From positions 1-37,153 of the forward strand of contig JACOXZ010000004.1 in NCBI GenBank assembly GCA_016182105.1: a DNA stretch of 37,153 nucleotides, given 5' to 3'. The DNA comes from Candidatus Liptonbacteria bacterium. GTDB taxonomy: Bacteria > Patescibacteriota > Minisyncoccia > UBA6257 > 2-01-FULL-56-20. Position 1 is the stretch's first letter; each line of letters opens with the position of its first letter. Positions 9,349 through 18,462 of this stretch are shown piece after piece. Under the pieces are notes generated by a model. It did no database searches and had not been told where the DNA came from. It saw only the letters and a program-made list of their open reading frames with translations. A program made the position numbers and the translations under genes.

Positions 9349-9467
9349 CCCGTTAGAAGCAGATCGCGATCTGCGCAAGTCTGCAGGTTTACCTTATTGT
9401 AACGACTATGCATTTGGTTGATATTCAATTTATTTGCAACGCGATCGCGGCTTCTAACGGGACTCAT
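9346..9467 (-). repeat. Copy 1 of the TIR-bounded intergenic element. Left arm CATCCCGTTAGAAGCAGATCGCGATCTGCG; right arm CGCGATCGCGGCTTCTAACGGGACTCAT. It spans exactly from the iscS stop (ATGA overlap) to the htrA ATG.
   Basis: Inverted repeat with a CCCGTTAGAAGC core, and each arm carries its own GATCGCGATC / GCGATCGC palindrome. The AT-rich centre is about 65 nt. Homologous copies are at 26963-27088 and 31175-31298, and a fourth pair flanks tRNA-Pro. Confidence 0.6.
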
Positions 9468-10768
9468 TTCAAAATTATTTTAATAATCCCAAGTCCATTG
9501 TCAATCTCGCTTTTAGTGGTTGGCCGGCCGAAACTTATCCGAAGACTTTTTTTAATCCGGTCTCCCGTAAAACCCAAAGCTTTAAGCACGTATGATGGCT
9601 CGGCGCTTCTTGACCGACAGGCTGAACCCGTTGAAACCGCTAAACCCCTTAAATCAAATTTAATAGTGAGATCTTCGGCCTCATAATCGGGAAAGTAGAT
9701 ATTCAAAATATTCGGCAGCCGCTCGCCTTTTTCCTTAGGACCGTTAAGTTCGACTCCTGGGTAAATTTTTTTTAGGCCCTCGAGAAAATACTCCGAAAGT
9801 TCCCGGAGGCGTTTAGCTTCTCTCTCTTTATTTTTTTGAATAAGTTCTACTGCCTTCGCAAAACCAACTACTAAGAGAACGTTCTCCGTGCCGGAACGCA
9901 AAGAGAACTCCTGGCCGCCGCCAGTGATAATAGGTTTTAGGTGATAAGTTTTAGGTGATAAGTTCCGAATGTATAGGGCGCCGACGCCTTTGGGACCGTA
10001 AATTTTATGAGCCGAGATGGTCATCAAATCAACCCCGAGCTTTTTGACATTACAATCTAAAAACTGGAATGCTTGGCTGGCATCGGTATGAAATAATGGA
10101 TAAAGCCAGCCAAATTTTCCTTCCCGGCTACCGCTCGGCCGCCCAGCGAGCGGCCTCGCTGGCGATGCTCCCTGCGCTCCTCCCCGCTCTGCGGGGAGAC
10201 CATGCCCGCTCGGTCGCATAGCCGCGCCAGCAAGGGAAATTTGGCTGGCCTTGAAGTCAGAGATAATTTTCGAAATCTCGGCTATTGGCTCTATAGTCCC
10301 AATCTCGTTATTAGCATACATTATCGAAACCAAGATAGTTCGCTCGTCCAAAAATGACTCGAGTTTTTTTAAATCAACCAGCCCTCCTTCTTGAACCGAA
10401 AGGTAGACTACCTCTACTCCTTCGGTCTTCAGATCCTCCACGGTTTCAAGAATTGATTCGTGTTCAATAGAGGAAACAATAATCTTGGGAATAACTGACG
10501 GATAATTTGCTTTAAAAACTTTAATCGCGCCCCGCAAAGCCAAATTATTAGCTTCGGTAGCAGAACCAGTAAAAATAATCTCGCGAAAATCAACGCCCAG
10601 AGCCGCGGCTATCGTCTCTCTTCCGCGATCTAGAGCGGCGATTGCTTCCTGACCGAAAGAATGAAGCGAACCCGGATTCCCGAAGGCCAGGGAGAAATAG
10701 GGCCTCATCGCCAATTCAACCTCCGGATGAACGGGGGTTGAAGAAGCGTAGTCTAAATATATTCTCAT
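9464..10768 (-). CDS. iscS: Cysteine desulfurase (IscS/NifS family, PLP-dependent). It carries an in-frame insertion of about 50 aa that is GC-rich at the DNA level.
   Basis: SAHKIYGPKGVGALY PLP-lysine motif and the C-terminal GSACRSRSAEPSYVL active-site Cys loop are present. The insert SQISLAGAAMRPSGHGLPAERGGAQGASPARPLAGRPSGSREGKFGWLYP lies between conserved blocks, as seen by comparison with the E. coli IscS sequence from memory. Confidence 0.85.
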   Translation of the reverse strand: MRIYLDYASSTPVHPEVELAMRPYFSLAFGNPGSLHSFGQEAIAALDRGRETIAAALGVDFREIIFTGSATEANNLALRGAIKVFKANYPSVIPKIIVSSIEHESILETVEDLKTEGVEVVYLSVQEGGLVDLKKLESFLDERTILVSIMYANNEIGTIEPIAEISKIISDFKASQISLAGAAMRPSGHGLPAERGGAQGASPARPLAGRPSGSREGKFGWLYPLFHTDASQAFQFLDCNVKKLGVDLMTISAHKIYGPKGVGALYIRNLSPKTYHLKPIITGGGQEFSLRSGTENVLLVVGFAKAVELIQKNKEREAKRLRELSEYFLEGLKKIYPGVELNGPKEKGERLPNILNIYFPDYEAEDLTIKFDLRGLAVSTGSACRSRSAEPSYVLKALGFTGDRIKKSLRISFGRPTTKSEIDNGLGIIKIILK

Positions 10769-11349
10769 ACACGCTTGTTTTGGAATGTCACTTTGGCGAG
10801 CTCTCCGGTTGCCCTATCGGGAATAACGAGCGAGCCGTCTCGGCGATAGAGATCATAGAGCTGTCTAGTGAGCTTCACATCGTTCAAGCAGTAATTTTTG
10901 AGCTCATCGATGCGGCCGCTCTTCCAAAGTAGAATGGCCTCGCTACCATGCTGATCTTTAGTTACTCCCAAATTGGCGTAGGCCAATTTGCTTAAACTAA
11001 TCCTTGTTCCGGTTTCCATCTCCACTTCTTCTAGAAGGTCGATTCGCTCTTTTTTCCATAAATCAATATCACGAGTTTCTGGCGAGCCTTGGAAATAATT
11101 GGCCAAAACCGGAATATCATAACGATTGATGCTGAAACCCACCAAACTCTTGGCGTCCCTAAAAAGCTCGGCGAGCTTCTCTCTTTCCTGTTCCTCAAAA
11201 CAAAAATAGGCGTCTTTTAAATAGGAATAGGCGCCGACCACGGAGATCTTTAAAGCCGTAAAATTATTCCACCCCACTTCTGGGTCGGTAAAAAAATTTT
11301 TAGTTTCAATATCAAAAACTAAAGTGTCAGACATGACGATCGGCGACAT
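10765..11349 (-). CDS. DEDDy-type 3'-5' exonuclease domain protein (RNase D / DnaQ-like fold).
   Basis: LVFDIETKNF (Exo I DxE) and a C-terminal YCLNDVKLTRQLY (YxxxD) motif are present. There is a 4-nt ATGA overlap with iscS. Confidence 0.55.
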   Translation of the reverse strand: MSPIVMSDTLVFDIETKNFFTDPEVGWNNFTALKISVVGAYSYLKDAYFCFEEQEREKLAELFRDAKSLVGFSINRYDIPVLANYFQGSPETRDIDLWKKERIDLLEEVEMETGTRISLSKLAYANLGVTKDQHGSEAILLWKSGRIDELKNYCLNDVKLTRQLYDLYRRDGSLVIPDRATGELAKVTFQNKRV

Positions 11350-11812
11350 TCGAGGCCGCGTAGCTTCCGGGCTTGGTCTTAACCTTGAAGTTATAAGCCC
11401 GGATCATAGCTACCACCTCTTGAATAAGAGATTTGGTTGGGCCGCCCTCGCCGATATCCACATGAATTTCAAAGTCAAAAACCATTCCGGGAAATCTTTT
11501 GAGCTCACGAAGCGTCTTCTCCGCGATCTCAAGCGAGGCAAGCACTTCTTCAATCACGCGGTCGCGCAGAGTGTGGAATTTTCCGAATTGGAAGCGACGC
11601 CAGAAATAGCGGCCTCCGTTCCCAACCCTGTGGATTACAATCGCTGTCACAAAATCTGCCCGACCGCTTGAGAGAACTTCGGAGTCGCTGCCAATCGTGA
11701 TGCAATAGCGGCGCTCCGGCTCTGTCTTCATAAAGCGGATGATCTCCTCGACCACCTGACTTATGGAAAGTTTTAGGCCGAAAGAACTGTTAAATAATAG
11801 TAGTGGACTCAT
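11327..11812 (-). CDS. YkuK/DUF458-family protein with a predicted RNase H-like fold.
   Basis: Resembles B. subtilis YkuK as recalled from memory: ...CITIGSDSEVL...FVTAIVIHRVGNGGRYFWRRFQFGKFHTLRDRV.... It overlaps the upstream exonuclease gene. Confidence 0.5.
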   Translation of the reverse strand: MSPLLLFNSSFGLKLSISQVVEEIIRFMKTEPERRYCITIGSDSEVLSSGRADFVTAIVIHRVGNGGRYFWRRFQFGKFHTLRDRVIEEVLASLEIAEKTLRELKRFPGMVFDFEIHVDIGEGGPTKSLIQEVVAMIRAYNFKVKTKPGSYAASNVADRHV

Positions 11813-11870
11813 TGATTAAATAAGGGGCCTCGAACCTGTTGTATGGAGACCCCTTTGTTTGGTTAGACCC

Positions 11871-12095
11871 CTATGACGGTTTCCTTGATTCCAATTCACG
11901 GATTACCTCCTCCCTCGCTTCAGATGTGGTCATATCGTGTTTGAACACCGATTTTGCAACACTGCAGAGTTTCGGGCACACACGCTCGATGTCCCCCGGT
12001 TTGATATGCTTTTGCCACACGCCGACAAGAATTTCAGTAATCAGACCGTCTAGCTCCGTCTGTACATTCATAGGATCAAACCTCCTTTCTAGCAC
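11871..12095 (-). CDS. Small hypothetical protein of 74 aa.
   Basis: ORF only; no domain recognised. Confidence 0.3.
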   Translation of the reverse strand: MLERRFDPMNVQTELDGLITEILVGVWQKHIKPGDIERVCPKLCSVAKSVFKHDMTTSEAREEVIRELESRKPS

Positions 12096-12153
12096 TTACC
12101 GAACTAAATTCAATAAGGAGCTAAATAAACCCTAGCAAGTAAAAAAGTCGTTG

Positions 12154-13468
12154 TCAATTCTTTTTGATTAAAGTTTTAAGACGTCTTAATTCTTTCGCCA
12201 ACACATCTTTTTTTCTCGCCTCAAGCCGCAATCTCAAAAACGGCTCGGTATTCGAGCCCCGGAGATTGAACCAAAATTCATCGGTTTCAATAGTGAGGCC
12301 ATCAAGATGGGAAAAAATTTTAGCCGCTCTTTTATAAAAATTTTCCACTGCTTTAATCGTCTTCGCTGTATTGCTTTTTATATTTAGCCGGAAATTTGTT
12401 TCGGGAATCCGATAATAAAAAGGGAGGTGGTCGAGCCACTCTGAAAGTTTTTGGCCTTTTTCCTTGAAGTGACTTACGCCATTTATCATCTGAATCGCGG
12501 CCATAATTCCTGAATCAAAATAAGCGGCATGCTTACCGAAAATAGTCTGAAAGTAATAATGACCTGACCCTTCAGCTCCAAAATTGGCTTTCACCTTCTT
12601 CATAGTTTTTTTTATAAAATAGGTGCCTACTCGCGACTGAACCAGAAAGTTTTTAAAGCGAGAATTTTCCCTCACCTGCCAGCCAACTCCAGCGTCAATT
12701 ACATAAGGAGGAGAAAAACGGCTCATCAAAAAAAGAATGGCCTCGTCGGGATAAATTGGCCGGCCGCGATCATCCACAAAAAAAGCCCGGTCGCCGTCAG
12801 CGTCAAAAATAACTCCAAAATTCGCCTTGTGCTGCAGAACAGCGCTTATCAAATCCTTTTTAGCAAAATCAAAAAGTGGATTCGGGCCATGCGCTGGAAA
12901 ACGGCCGTCTGGTTTGCCGTTTATAATTATTGATGTGAGAGGCGAGGAACGCCGGAATAAATTTTTTAAGACCGGACCAGTTCCGCCGTTCGAAGAATCA
13001 AAGACCACCTTAAGCGGGGCTTTGATTTCGAAAAATTTACTTAAAAACCTAGTGTATAAGTTTAAATATGGCATTACCGCTTATTGGCGAGGCCTGCTCG
13101 CCCACAATTTTTAAGCCGTTGTATTCTTTCGGGTTATGGGAGGCGGTAACCATAAGCCCGCCTCGAGCCCCAAATTGATTCACTAAAAAATAAAGCATTG
13201 GCGTGGTTATAAGTCCGGCCCTAAAGAGCTTCGCCTTTGGCACGCCGGCCTTAAGACCCTGAAGCACGGCTTTATATAGTTTAGGCGAGCTTAGTCTCGC
13301 GTCATGGCCTACCACTACACCACCTTTCCCGAAAAGTTTTTCGGCCGAATTACGCACAATCTCAAATACCGCTTTTTCGTTTAGGTCTTTGGGGTAGAGC
13401 CCCCTGATGTCGTAGGCCTTAAAAATCTCCCTCTTTAAAGTAACGGCTTCCTTTTTCTCCATGCTCAA
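12154..13468 (-). pseudogene. Phosphomannomutase/phosphoglucomutase (alpha-D-phosphohexomutase family), split into two overlapping ORFs (13049..13468 N-terminal, 12154..13074 C-terminal). The cause is a -1 frameshift near a TTTAAA run, so it could also be a sequencing error.
   Basis: The N-terminal ORF has the TASHNP active-site serine loop. The C-terminal ORF has FDADGDR (Mg site), GSGHYYF and RGSNTEP (phosphate-binding). Hand translation shows both frames over 13049-13074. Confidence 0.6.
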
Positions 13469-13494
13469 ACATTATAAACCCTTCTTCTCGCTAG

Positions 13495-15606
13495 TTGAAT
13501 TTTTGGAGCGGTTGTAAGAAAATTAGGTGCAAGATGGCGAGAAGGAATAAAAGAGAAACCGAAGAAAACGGCGAGGATAAGGAAGGACGACTTGGCGGAG
13601 AGACCAAAAGAAGCTTAGTTGCTCTTGCCTTTCTGGGGCTCGCCATAATCCTCGTTCTTTCAGGACTAGATCGCGCCGGACCAGGGGGGAATTTTATCTA
13701 TGCAATTCTTACACGCTTTTTTGGAATCGGCTATTTCCTTTTGCCGGCAATGCTGCTCATCGTCTCTGGCGTCCTCCTCTCTTCTAAAAATAAAAAAATT
13801 TGGGGGGTGACCTTACTCGGCGCAACACTCCTAGTTCTCTCGACCCTGGGCCTCATTGAACTAACCTTAAAAGGCAGGGGTGGATGGTTGGGACTTCTCT
13901 TGGGGTCGCTCAAATCTATTTTCGGCAGTACTGCGAGCGCCATAATTAATATAGTAATCCTTACCGCCTCGATTCTCATTATTCTTAATGTTCCTTTAAT
14001 AAAAATAAGTTGGCCGAAGAAAACCGCGCTCACAGAATCAGAAGAAAAGGAGGTGAAAGAAGCTATTCACGAAAACGAAGACGAAGACGAAGAAAAACGC
14101 GAGAAGGAAGAAACCGAAGAGGGGGGGGTTCTTAAAAAAGAAAAGTTAAAACCCCTTCAATTATTTAGATCCAAAAAGCTTGTGCCGCAAGCTCTAAAAA
14201 ACTACGTCTTTCCTCCTCTTTCACTTCTTAAATCAGCGACCGAGAAGCCGGGAACCGGCGATCTTCGAGCCAATGCCAATATTATCAAAAGAACTCTTGA
14301 AAATTTCGGCATGGCTGTTGAGATGAGCGAAGTCAATATCGGGCCCACGGTCACGCGCTACACCTTAAAGCCGGCTGAAGGCGTGAAGCTTTCAAAGATT
14401 ACTGCCTTGAATCAAGACCTGGCTTTGGCCTTAGCTGCTCATCCTATTCGGATTGAAGCACCGATTCCGGGAAAGTCTTTGGTCGGCATTGAAGTGCCAA
14501 ACCGAGCCGCAGCGCTTGTAAGACTGGGAAGTCTTATGAGCTATCCTGAATTTCAAAATTCAGGTCTTTTAACTTTCGCTTTAGGCAGAGATGTAAACGG
14601 CGATCCGATTCTCGCCGATATTGAAGATATGCCGCATCTTTTAATCGCCGGCGCAACCGGCTCTGGAAAATCCGTGGTCATCCATTCACTCATAACTTCT
14701 CTTCTCTACAAAAACTCGCCGGCCACTTTAAAATTAGTCTTAATCGATCCCAAGCGGGTTGAGCTTTCGGTCTACGAAGGCTTGCCGCATCTTGTCTCGC
14801 CGATCATAACCCACAGTAAGAAAGCGGCAGCTGTCTTCCGTTGGGTCTTGAGCGAAATGGAGCGGAGATACGAACTCCTTGAGAGTGCCGGCCGCCGCGA
14901 CATCCAGGGCTACAACAAAGACAACTCTCGCGACCCCATCCCCTACCTCCTTATCATTGTTGATGAACTGGCTGACCTTATGACCTCATATGGCCGGGAA
15001 GTTGAGGGATCAGTCATTCGATTGGCCCAGATGGCGAGAGCTACGGGCCTTCATTTAGTTCTATCAACCCAGAGGCCGTCAGTTGAGGTACTTACTGGTT
15101 TAATCAAGGCCAATATCACCAGTCGCATCGCTCTTCAGGTCGCGAGTCAAGTGGACTCACGCACCATTCTTGATGCCTCTGGCGCTGAGAAGCTCTTGGG
15201 CGGAGGCGATCTTCTTTTTATCTCCGCGAAGCTTTCTAAGCCTAAAAGAATCCAGGGAAGCTACGTCTCGGAAGAAGAAATCTTGCGTGTAGTTGATTTC
15301 ATTAAAGATGAAAATCGGGTTCGCGAAGAATCGCAAGCTATTGATTTTAACGGCGACACATCTGCCTTGTCGGAAGATATTTTCGAGGGGTCCTCGGAAG
15401 AAGACGAACTTTACGAAGAAGCCGTGGAAGTGGTGGTTCGCGCCAAAAAAGCCTCGGCCTCGCTTCTCCAAAGGCGTCTTAAAGTCGGCTACGCGAGAGC
15501 GGCGCGCCTCCTAGATCTCATGGAAGAGGCGGGCGTCGTGGGCCCTGGCGAGGGCGCGAAACCCCGGGAGGTCTTCTTAGAGAGAATTCCGGATAAACGT
15601 TCTTAA
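13495..15606 (+). CDS. ftsK: DNA translocase FtsK/SpoIIIE: N-terminal TM segments, an acidic linker, an ATPase core and a C-terminal gamma (winged-helix) domain. The true start is possibly the internal MARRNK.
   Basis: LLIAGATGSGKS Walker A and VIVDELADLM Walker B motifs are present. The C-terminal ...SASLLQRRLKVGYARAARLLDLMEEAGVVGP matches the gamma-domain consensus. Confidence 0.85.
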   Translation: MNFWSGCKKIRCKMARRNKRETEENGEDKEGRLGGETKRSLVALAFLGLAIILVLSGLDRAGPGGNFIYAILTRFFGIGYFLLPAMLLIVSGVLLSSKNKKIWGVTLLGATLLVLSTLGLIELTLKGRGGWLGLLLGSLKSIFGSTASAIINIVILTASILIILNVPLIKISWPKKTALTESEEKEVKEAIHENEDEDEEKREKEETEEGGVLKKEKLKPLQLFRSKKLVPQALKNYVFPPLSLLKSATEKPGTGDLRANANIIKRTLENFGMAVEMSEVNIGPTVTRYTLKPAEGVKLSKITALNQDLALALAAHPIRIEAPIPGKSLVGIEVPNRAAALVRLGSLMSYPEFQNSGLLTFALGRDVNGDPILADIEDMPHLLIAGATGSGKSVVIHSLITSLLYKNSPATLKLVLIDPKRVELSVYEGLPHLVSPIITHSKKAAAVFRWVLSEMERRYELLESAGRRDIQGYNKDNSRDPIPYLLIIVDELADLMTSYGREVEGSVIRLAQMARATGLHLVLSTQRPSVEVLTGLIKANITSRIALQVASQVDSRTILDASGAEKLLGGGDLLFISAKLSKPKRIQGSYVSEEEILRVVDFIKDENRVREESQAIDFNGDTSALSEDIFEGSSEEDELYEEAVEVVVRAKKASASLLQRRLKVGYARAARLLDLMEEAGVVGPGEGAKPREVFLERIPDKRS

Positions 15607-15611
15607 TAACC

Positions 15612-16271
15612 ATGCCAGAAAATATTAATTTCCAAGATTTTTTCAATTCCAAAATCCGCGAAAGAGGACTGACTTTAAAAAAACTTTCAGAGCTTTCTGG
15701 CATTACTTTGAAATACCTTGAATATTTGAGCGCCGGCAATTTCGAGGCACTGCCCTCCGCTCCATACTTCCGCGGCTACCTTGAAAAACTCGGCCGAATC
15801 CTGGATTTCGACGATGCAGAGTGGTGGCAAAATATTAAAGAAGAAGAAGTCGTTAAAACCTCTGGCACTCTAGACCAACTGCCTAAAAATCGTTTTGCCT
15901 TGAGTTCGCCCGTAAAATTTATCTGGCCGGCTATTATTCTCATCCTTGTAGTTTTTTATTTCGGCGCGAGATTCTCGAAGATTTTTGGCCAACCCCGAGT
16001 TTCGATTGCCTATCCGACCGAGGCATTCACTAATATTGCTTCTCAAAAAATAGTCGTGCGCGGTGAGCTAAAAGACGGCGATAAACTGGTTATAAATGGC
16101 GAGGTTGTGGTTCTGGAAGACGACGGCTCTTGGGAAAAGAACATCCTTCTTGAGCCCGGACTTAATACAATTCTTATCACCGCGAAAAAATTTCTGGGCC
16201 GCGAAATCCGGATCATAAGACAGGTCCTCTATAAACCTGGAGAAGTGAGTCCAATCCCTCCTTCTCAGTAA
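15612..16271 (+). CDS. RodZ-like protein: N-terminal XRE-type HTH, one TM segment and an extracytoplasmic C-terminal domain.
   Basis: LTLKKLSELSGITLKYLEYLSAGNFEALPSAPYFRGYLEKLGRIL resembles the RodZ N-terminal HTH. A single TM (WPAIILILVVFYFGA) follows. Confidence 0.45.
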   Translation: MPENINFQDFFNSKIRERGLTLKKLSELSGITLKYLEYLSAGNFEALPSAPYFRGYLEKLGRILDFDDAEWWQNIKEEEVVKTSGTLDQLPKNRFALSSPVKFIWPAIILILVVFYFGARFSKIFGQPRVSIAYPTEAFTNIASQKIVVRGELKDGDKLVINGEVVVLEDDGSWEKNILLEPGLNTILITAKKFLGREIRIIRQVLYKPGEVSPIPPSQ

Positions 16272-16296
16272 GCGCCCTAACTGATAGACTTAAAAT

Positions 16297-17325
16297 ATGA
16301 CAGCTCAAGACAAAAGCAAAAAGAAACCGACTGAAGATAAAACCGATCTAGAGAGTCTTCTTTCTGGGCTTAGGGAGAAATTCGGCGAAGGCGCGATTAT
16401 GACGCTCGGCGATGCGAGAAGGGTTGATGTGGCAGTTATCCCGACCGGCTCTTTCTCTTTGGACATCGCCTTGGGAGTCGGCGGCTTGCCTAGAGGCCGA
16501 ATTGTCGAAGTTTTCGGTCCGGAAGGGAGCGGCAAGACCACCCTGGCCTTGAATGTCGTTGCTCAAGCTCAAAAACAAGGCGGCAAAGCTGCTTTTATTG
16601 ATGCTGAGCACGGCCTAGACCCTGAATACGCCGGCCGATTGGGAGTTAAAGTAAACGAGCTCCTGATATCCCAGCCTGATAATGGCGAAGAAGCCTTGAA
16701 TATTTTAGAAAGCCTGGTCAGGTCAAATATGATTTCGGTCGTAGTTGTGGACTCGGTCGCGGCCCTTACCCCTAAAATGGAGATTGAGGGCGAGATGGGG
16801 GCGCAGTACATCGGACTGCAGGCCCGGATGATGTCCCAGGCCCTCCGAAAGCTCACGGCCATTGCCGCGAAAAGCCAGACCTTGATAATTTTCATAAACC
16901 AGATCCGCATGCAGATCGGCATAATGTTTGGCAATCCCGAAACCACTCCCGGCGGCCGGGCCTTGAAATTCTACGCCTCGGTCCGCATTGACGTCCGTAG
17001 GATCGCCCAAGTCAAGAAAGGCGAGGAGACTGTGGGCAGCCGCGTTAAAGCTAAGGTAGTCAAAAATAAAGTGGCTCCGCCCTTTAAGTTCGCTGAATTT
17101 GACATCTTCTTCGGCCGGGGCATCTCTTACGAAGGCGATGTCTTAAATACCGGCATTAAATACGGAGTCGTCGCTAAATCCGGCTCAAGTTACAGCTTCG
17201 AGGACCAAAAGCTCGGCACCGGCTTTGAGAATGTCCGCGCTAAACTTTTAGAGGACAAAAAACTCCTTAAAGCCATAAAAGACGCCGCACTAAAAAAAAT
17301 TAAAGCCGCGGAAGCAGCTCTATAA
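16297..17325 (+). CDS. recA: Recombinase RecA.
   Basis: [12 protein letters not shown] Walker A is present. The L1/L2 loop regions and overall collinearity with RecA hold over 342 aa. Confidence 0.92.
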   Translation: MTAQDKSKKKPTEDKTDLESLLSGLREKFGEGAIMTLGDARRVDVAVIPTGSFSLDIALGVGGLPRGRIVEVFGPEGSGKTTLALNVVAQAQKQGGKAAFIDAEHGLDPEYAGRLGVKVNELLISQPDNGEEALNILESLVRSNMISVVVVDSVAALTPKMEIEGEMGAQYIGLQARMMSQALRKLTAIAAKSQTLIIFINQIRMQIGIMFGNPETTPGGRALKFYASVRIDVRRIAQVKKGEETVGSRVKAKVVKNKVAPPFKFAEFDIFFGRGISYEGDVLNTGIKYGVVAKSGSSYSFEDQKLGTGFENVRAKLLEDKKLLKAIKDAALKKIKAAEAAL

Positions 17326-18270
17326 GCGGCGGATAGCCTCTTCAAGTCCCGGAAGAGAGGCGCTGAAGATTAAGTAGCCTTTAATTGAGAGGTAAACAAA
17401 AGCCGCGCCTGGAGCTGTGAAGCTAAGAATTCTTACTGGCTGGTTTTTAGAAAGTCCGTCTTTAAATCCTATATTAGAGCGCACCCCGGGCGAGGTCAGA
17501 AACAGATTTTCCAAGTCCGGCGACCTCTCAAGTTTTTCAATCTCAGCCCCGAAGAATAACCAGCTCTTGCCGGGTTTAAGCTCTAAAAGATAACCGGGCC
17601 AAGAACCGTTTTGATCTCGGTAGACAAACATATTGAAGTCAGGATTAAAATTTGTAAGAAGAAAATCCGAACTTAAAGATTTAACATTTATAGAAGAAAA
17701 AAACTCGGAAATTGCGGGGTGCCCCCCATTTTGGTCTTGGACCTCGATTTCAAGAAATTTGGAGTTGGAATTCGTTTCGGCTAAGAGATTTAAAACTCTT
17801 TGGCCAAAAGTTTGAAGCTCGGCGGCGCTTACGGCCTCCCCAGGGATCACGAATTTCAAAACCTCGTCAGGCGTAGCCCTGAAAAAAGAACGATGAGTGA
17901 ATTCGGGCGTGGTTAAGGGTTTTTTATTATCCGCTACTGGCTCGGGGGAGGAGGAAAGAACTCCGCCTTCAAAAATCTTTGAAAGCGCTGGATAGATTAC
18001 ATAGTAACCAATGGCGAGAAGCCCGGAGATAGCCAAAATAAAAAAGAAGAACTTTAAAGCCTTGGAAGTCGCTCGCTTAACATCCTTGGGAATGGCCGCG
18101 AACCTAGGAGGCATAGCCACATATTTGGGGAGAGGAGATGAACCGCCAGAGAGAGACATTGACTTAAGGTCAGACTCCAGGGTTCGGATGCTTATTTCAG
18201 TCGGCGGCGCTGGCACAGTCGGTCCTCCAACTTTCTTTCCCCTTGAACTTTGAGGAAAATTTTCTGCCAT
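17320..18270 (-). CDS. Hypothetical membrane-anchored protein (N-terminal cytoplasmic tail, one TM, large extracytoplasmic domain).
   Basis: 316-aa ORF with one hydrophobic segment ([23 protein letters not shown]) and no recognisable domain. It is convergent with recA. Confidence 0.4.
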   Translation of the reverse strand: MAENFPQSSRGKKVGGPTVPAPPTEISIRTLESDLKSMSLSGGSSPLPKYVAMPPRFAAIPKDVKRATSKALKFFFFILAISGLLAIGYYVIYPALSKIFEGGVLSSSPEPVADNKKPLTTPEFTHRSFFRATPDEVLKFVIPGEAVSAAELQTFGQRVLNLLAETNSNSKFLEIEVQDQNGGHPAISEFFSSINVKSLSSDFLLTNFNPDFNMFVYRDQNGSWPGYLLELKPGKSWLFFGAEIEKLERSPDLENLFLTSPGVRSNIGFKDGLSKNQPVRILSFTAPGAAFVYLSIKGYLIFSASLPGLEEAIRRL

Positions 18271-18313
18271 CTTTCTAGTTATTCCAATTATACCCCACCT
18301 TTAATTTAATAAA

Positions 18314-18448
18314 GGCTAAGAGATTTTTTAGACAGCTCTCGGAGGCAGGTGAAGCTTGGTTTCCGAAGGAATTCACCTGCCGAGAGCGCAGGCGGGCTCC
18401 GATCGCTGGAATCGGAGAACCGCCGGTGTCTAAAAAAATCTCTTAGCC
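18314..18448 (-). ncRNA. Highly structured element of about 135 nt between the pnp stop and the 17320..18270 start. The outer stem is 21 bp (GGCTAAGAGATTTTTTAGACA / TGTCTAAAAAAATCTCTTAGCC). The inner stems are GCTCTCGGAGGCAGGTGAA / TTCACCTGCCGAGAGC, CTCCGAT / ATCGGAG and a UUCG-type tetraloop.
   Basis: Nested inverted repeats seen directly. Its function (ncRNA, leader, processing site or MITE) is not determined. Confidence 0.4.
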
Positions 18449-18462
18449 TTATATATCAACAA

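Noticed and set aside
9346-9467. The 41-codon mini-ORF (MSPVRSRDRVANKLNINQMH…) inside element copy 1 as a real leader peptide.
   Set aside because: The corresponding ORFs in copies 2 and 3 are 6 and 17 codons and unrelated after the first 8 residues. Conservation is confined to the repeat arms.
9408-9686. 92-aa plus-strand ORF spanning the htrA-iscS intergenic element.
   Set aside because: It reads through the inverted-repeat arms and into the iscS 3' end on the wrong strand. The element is better explained at the nucleotide level.
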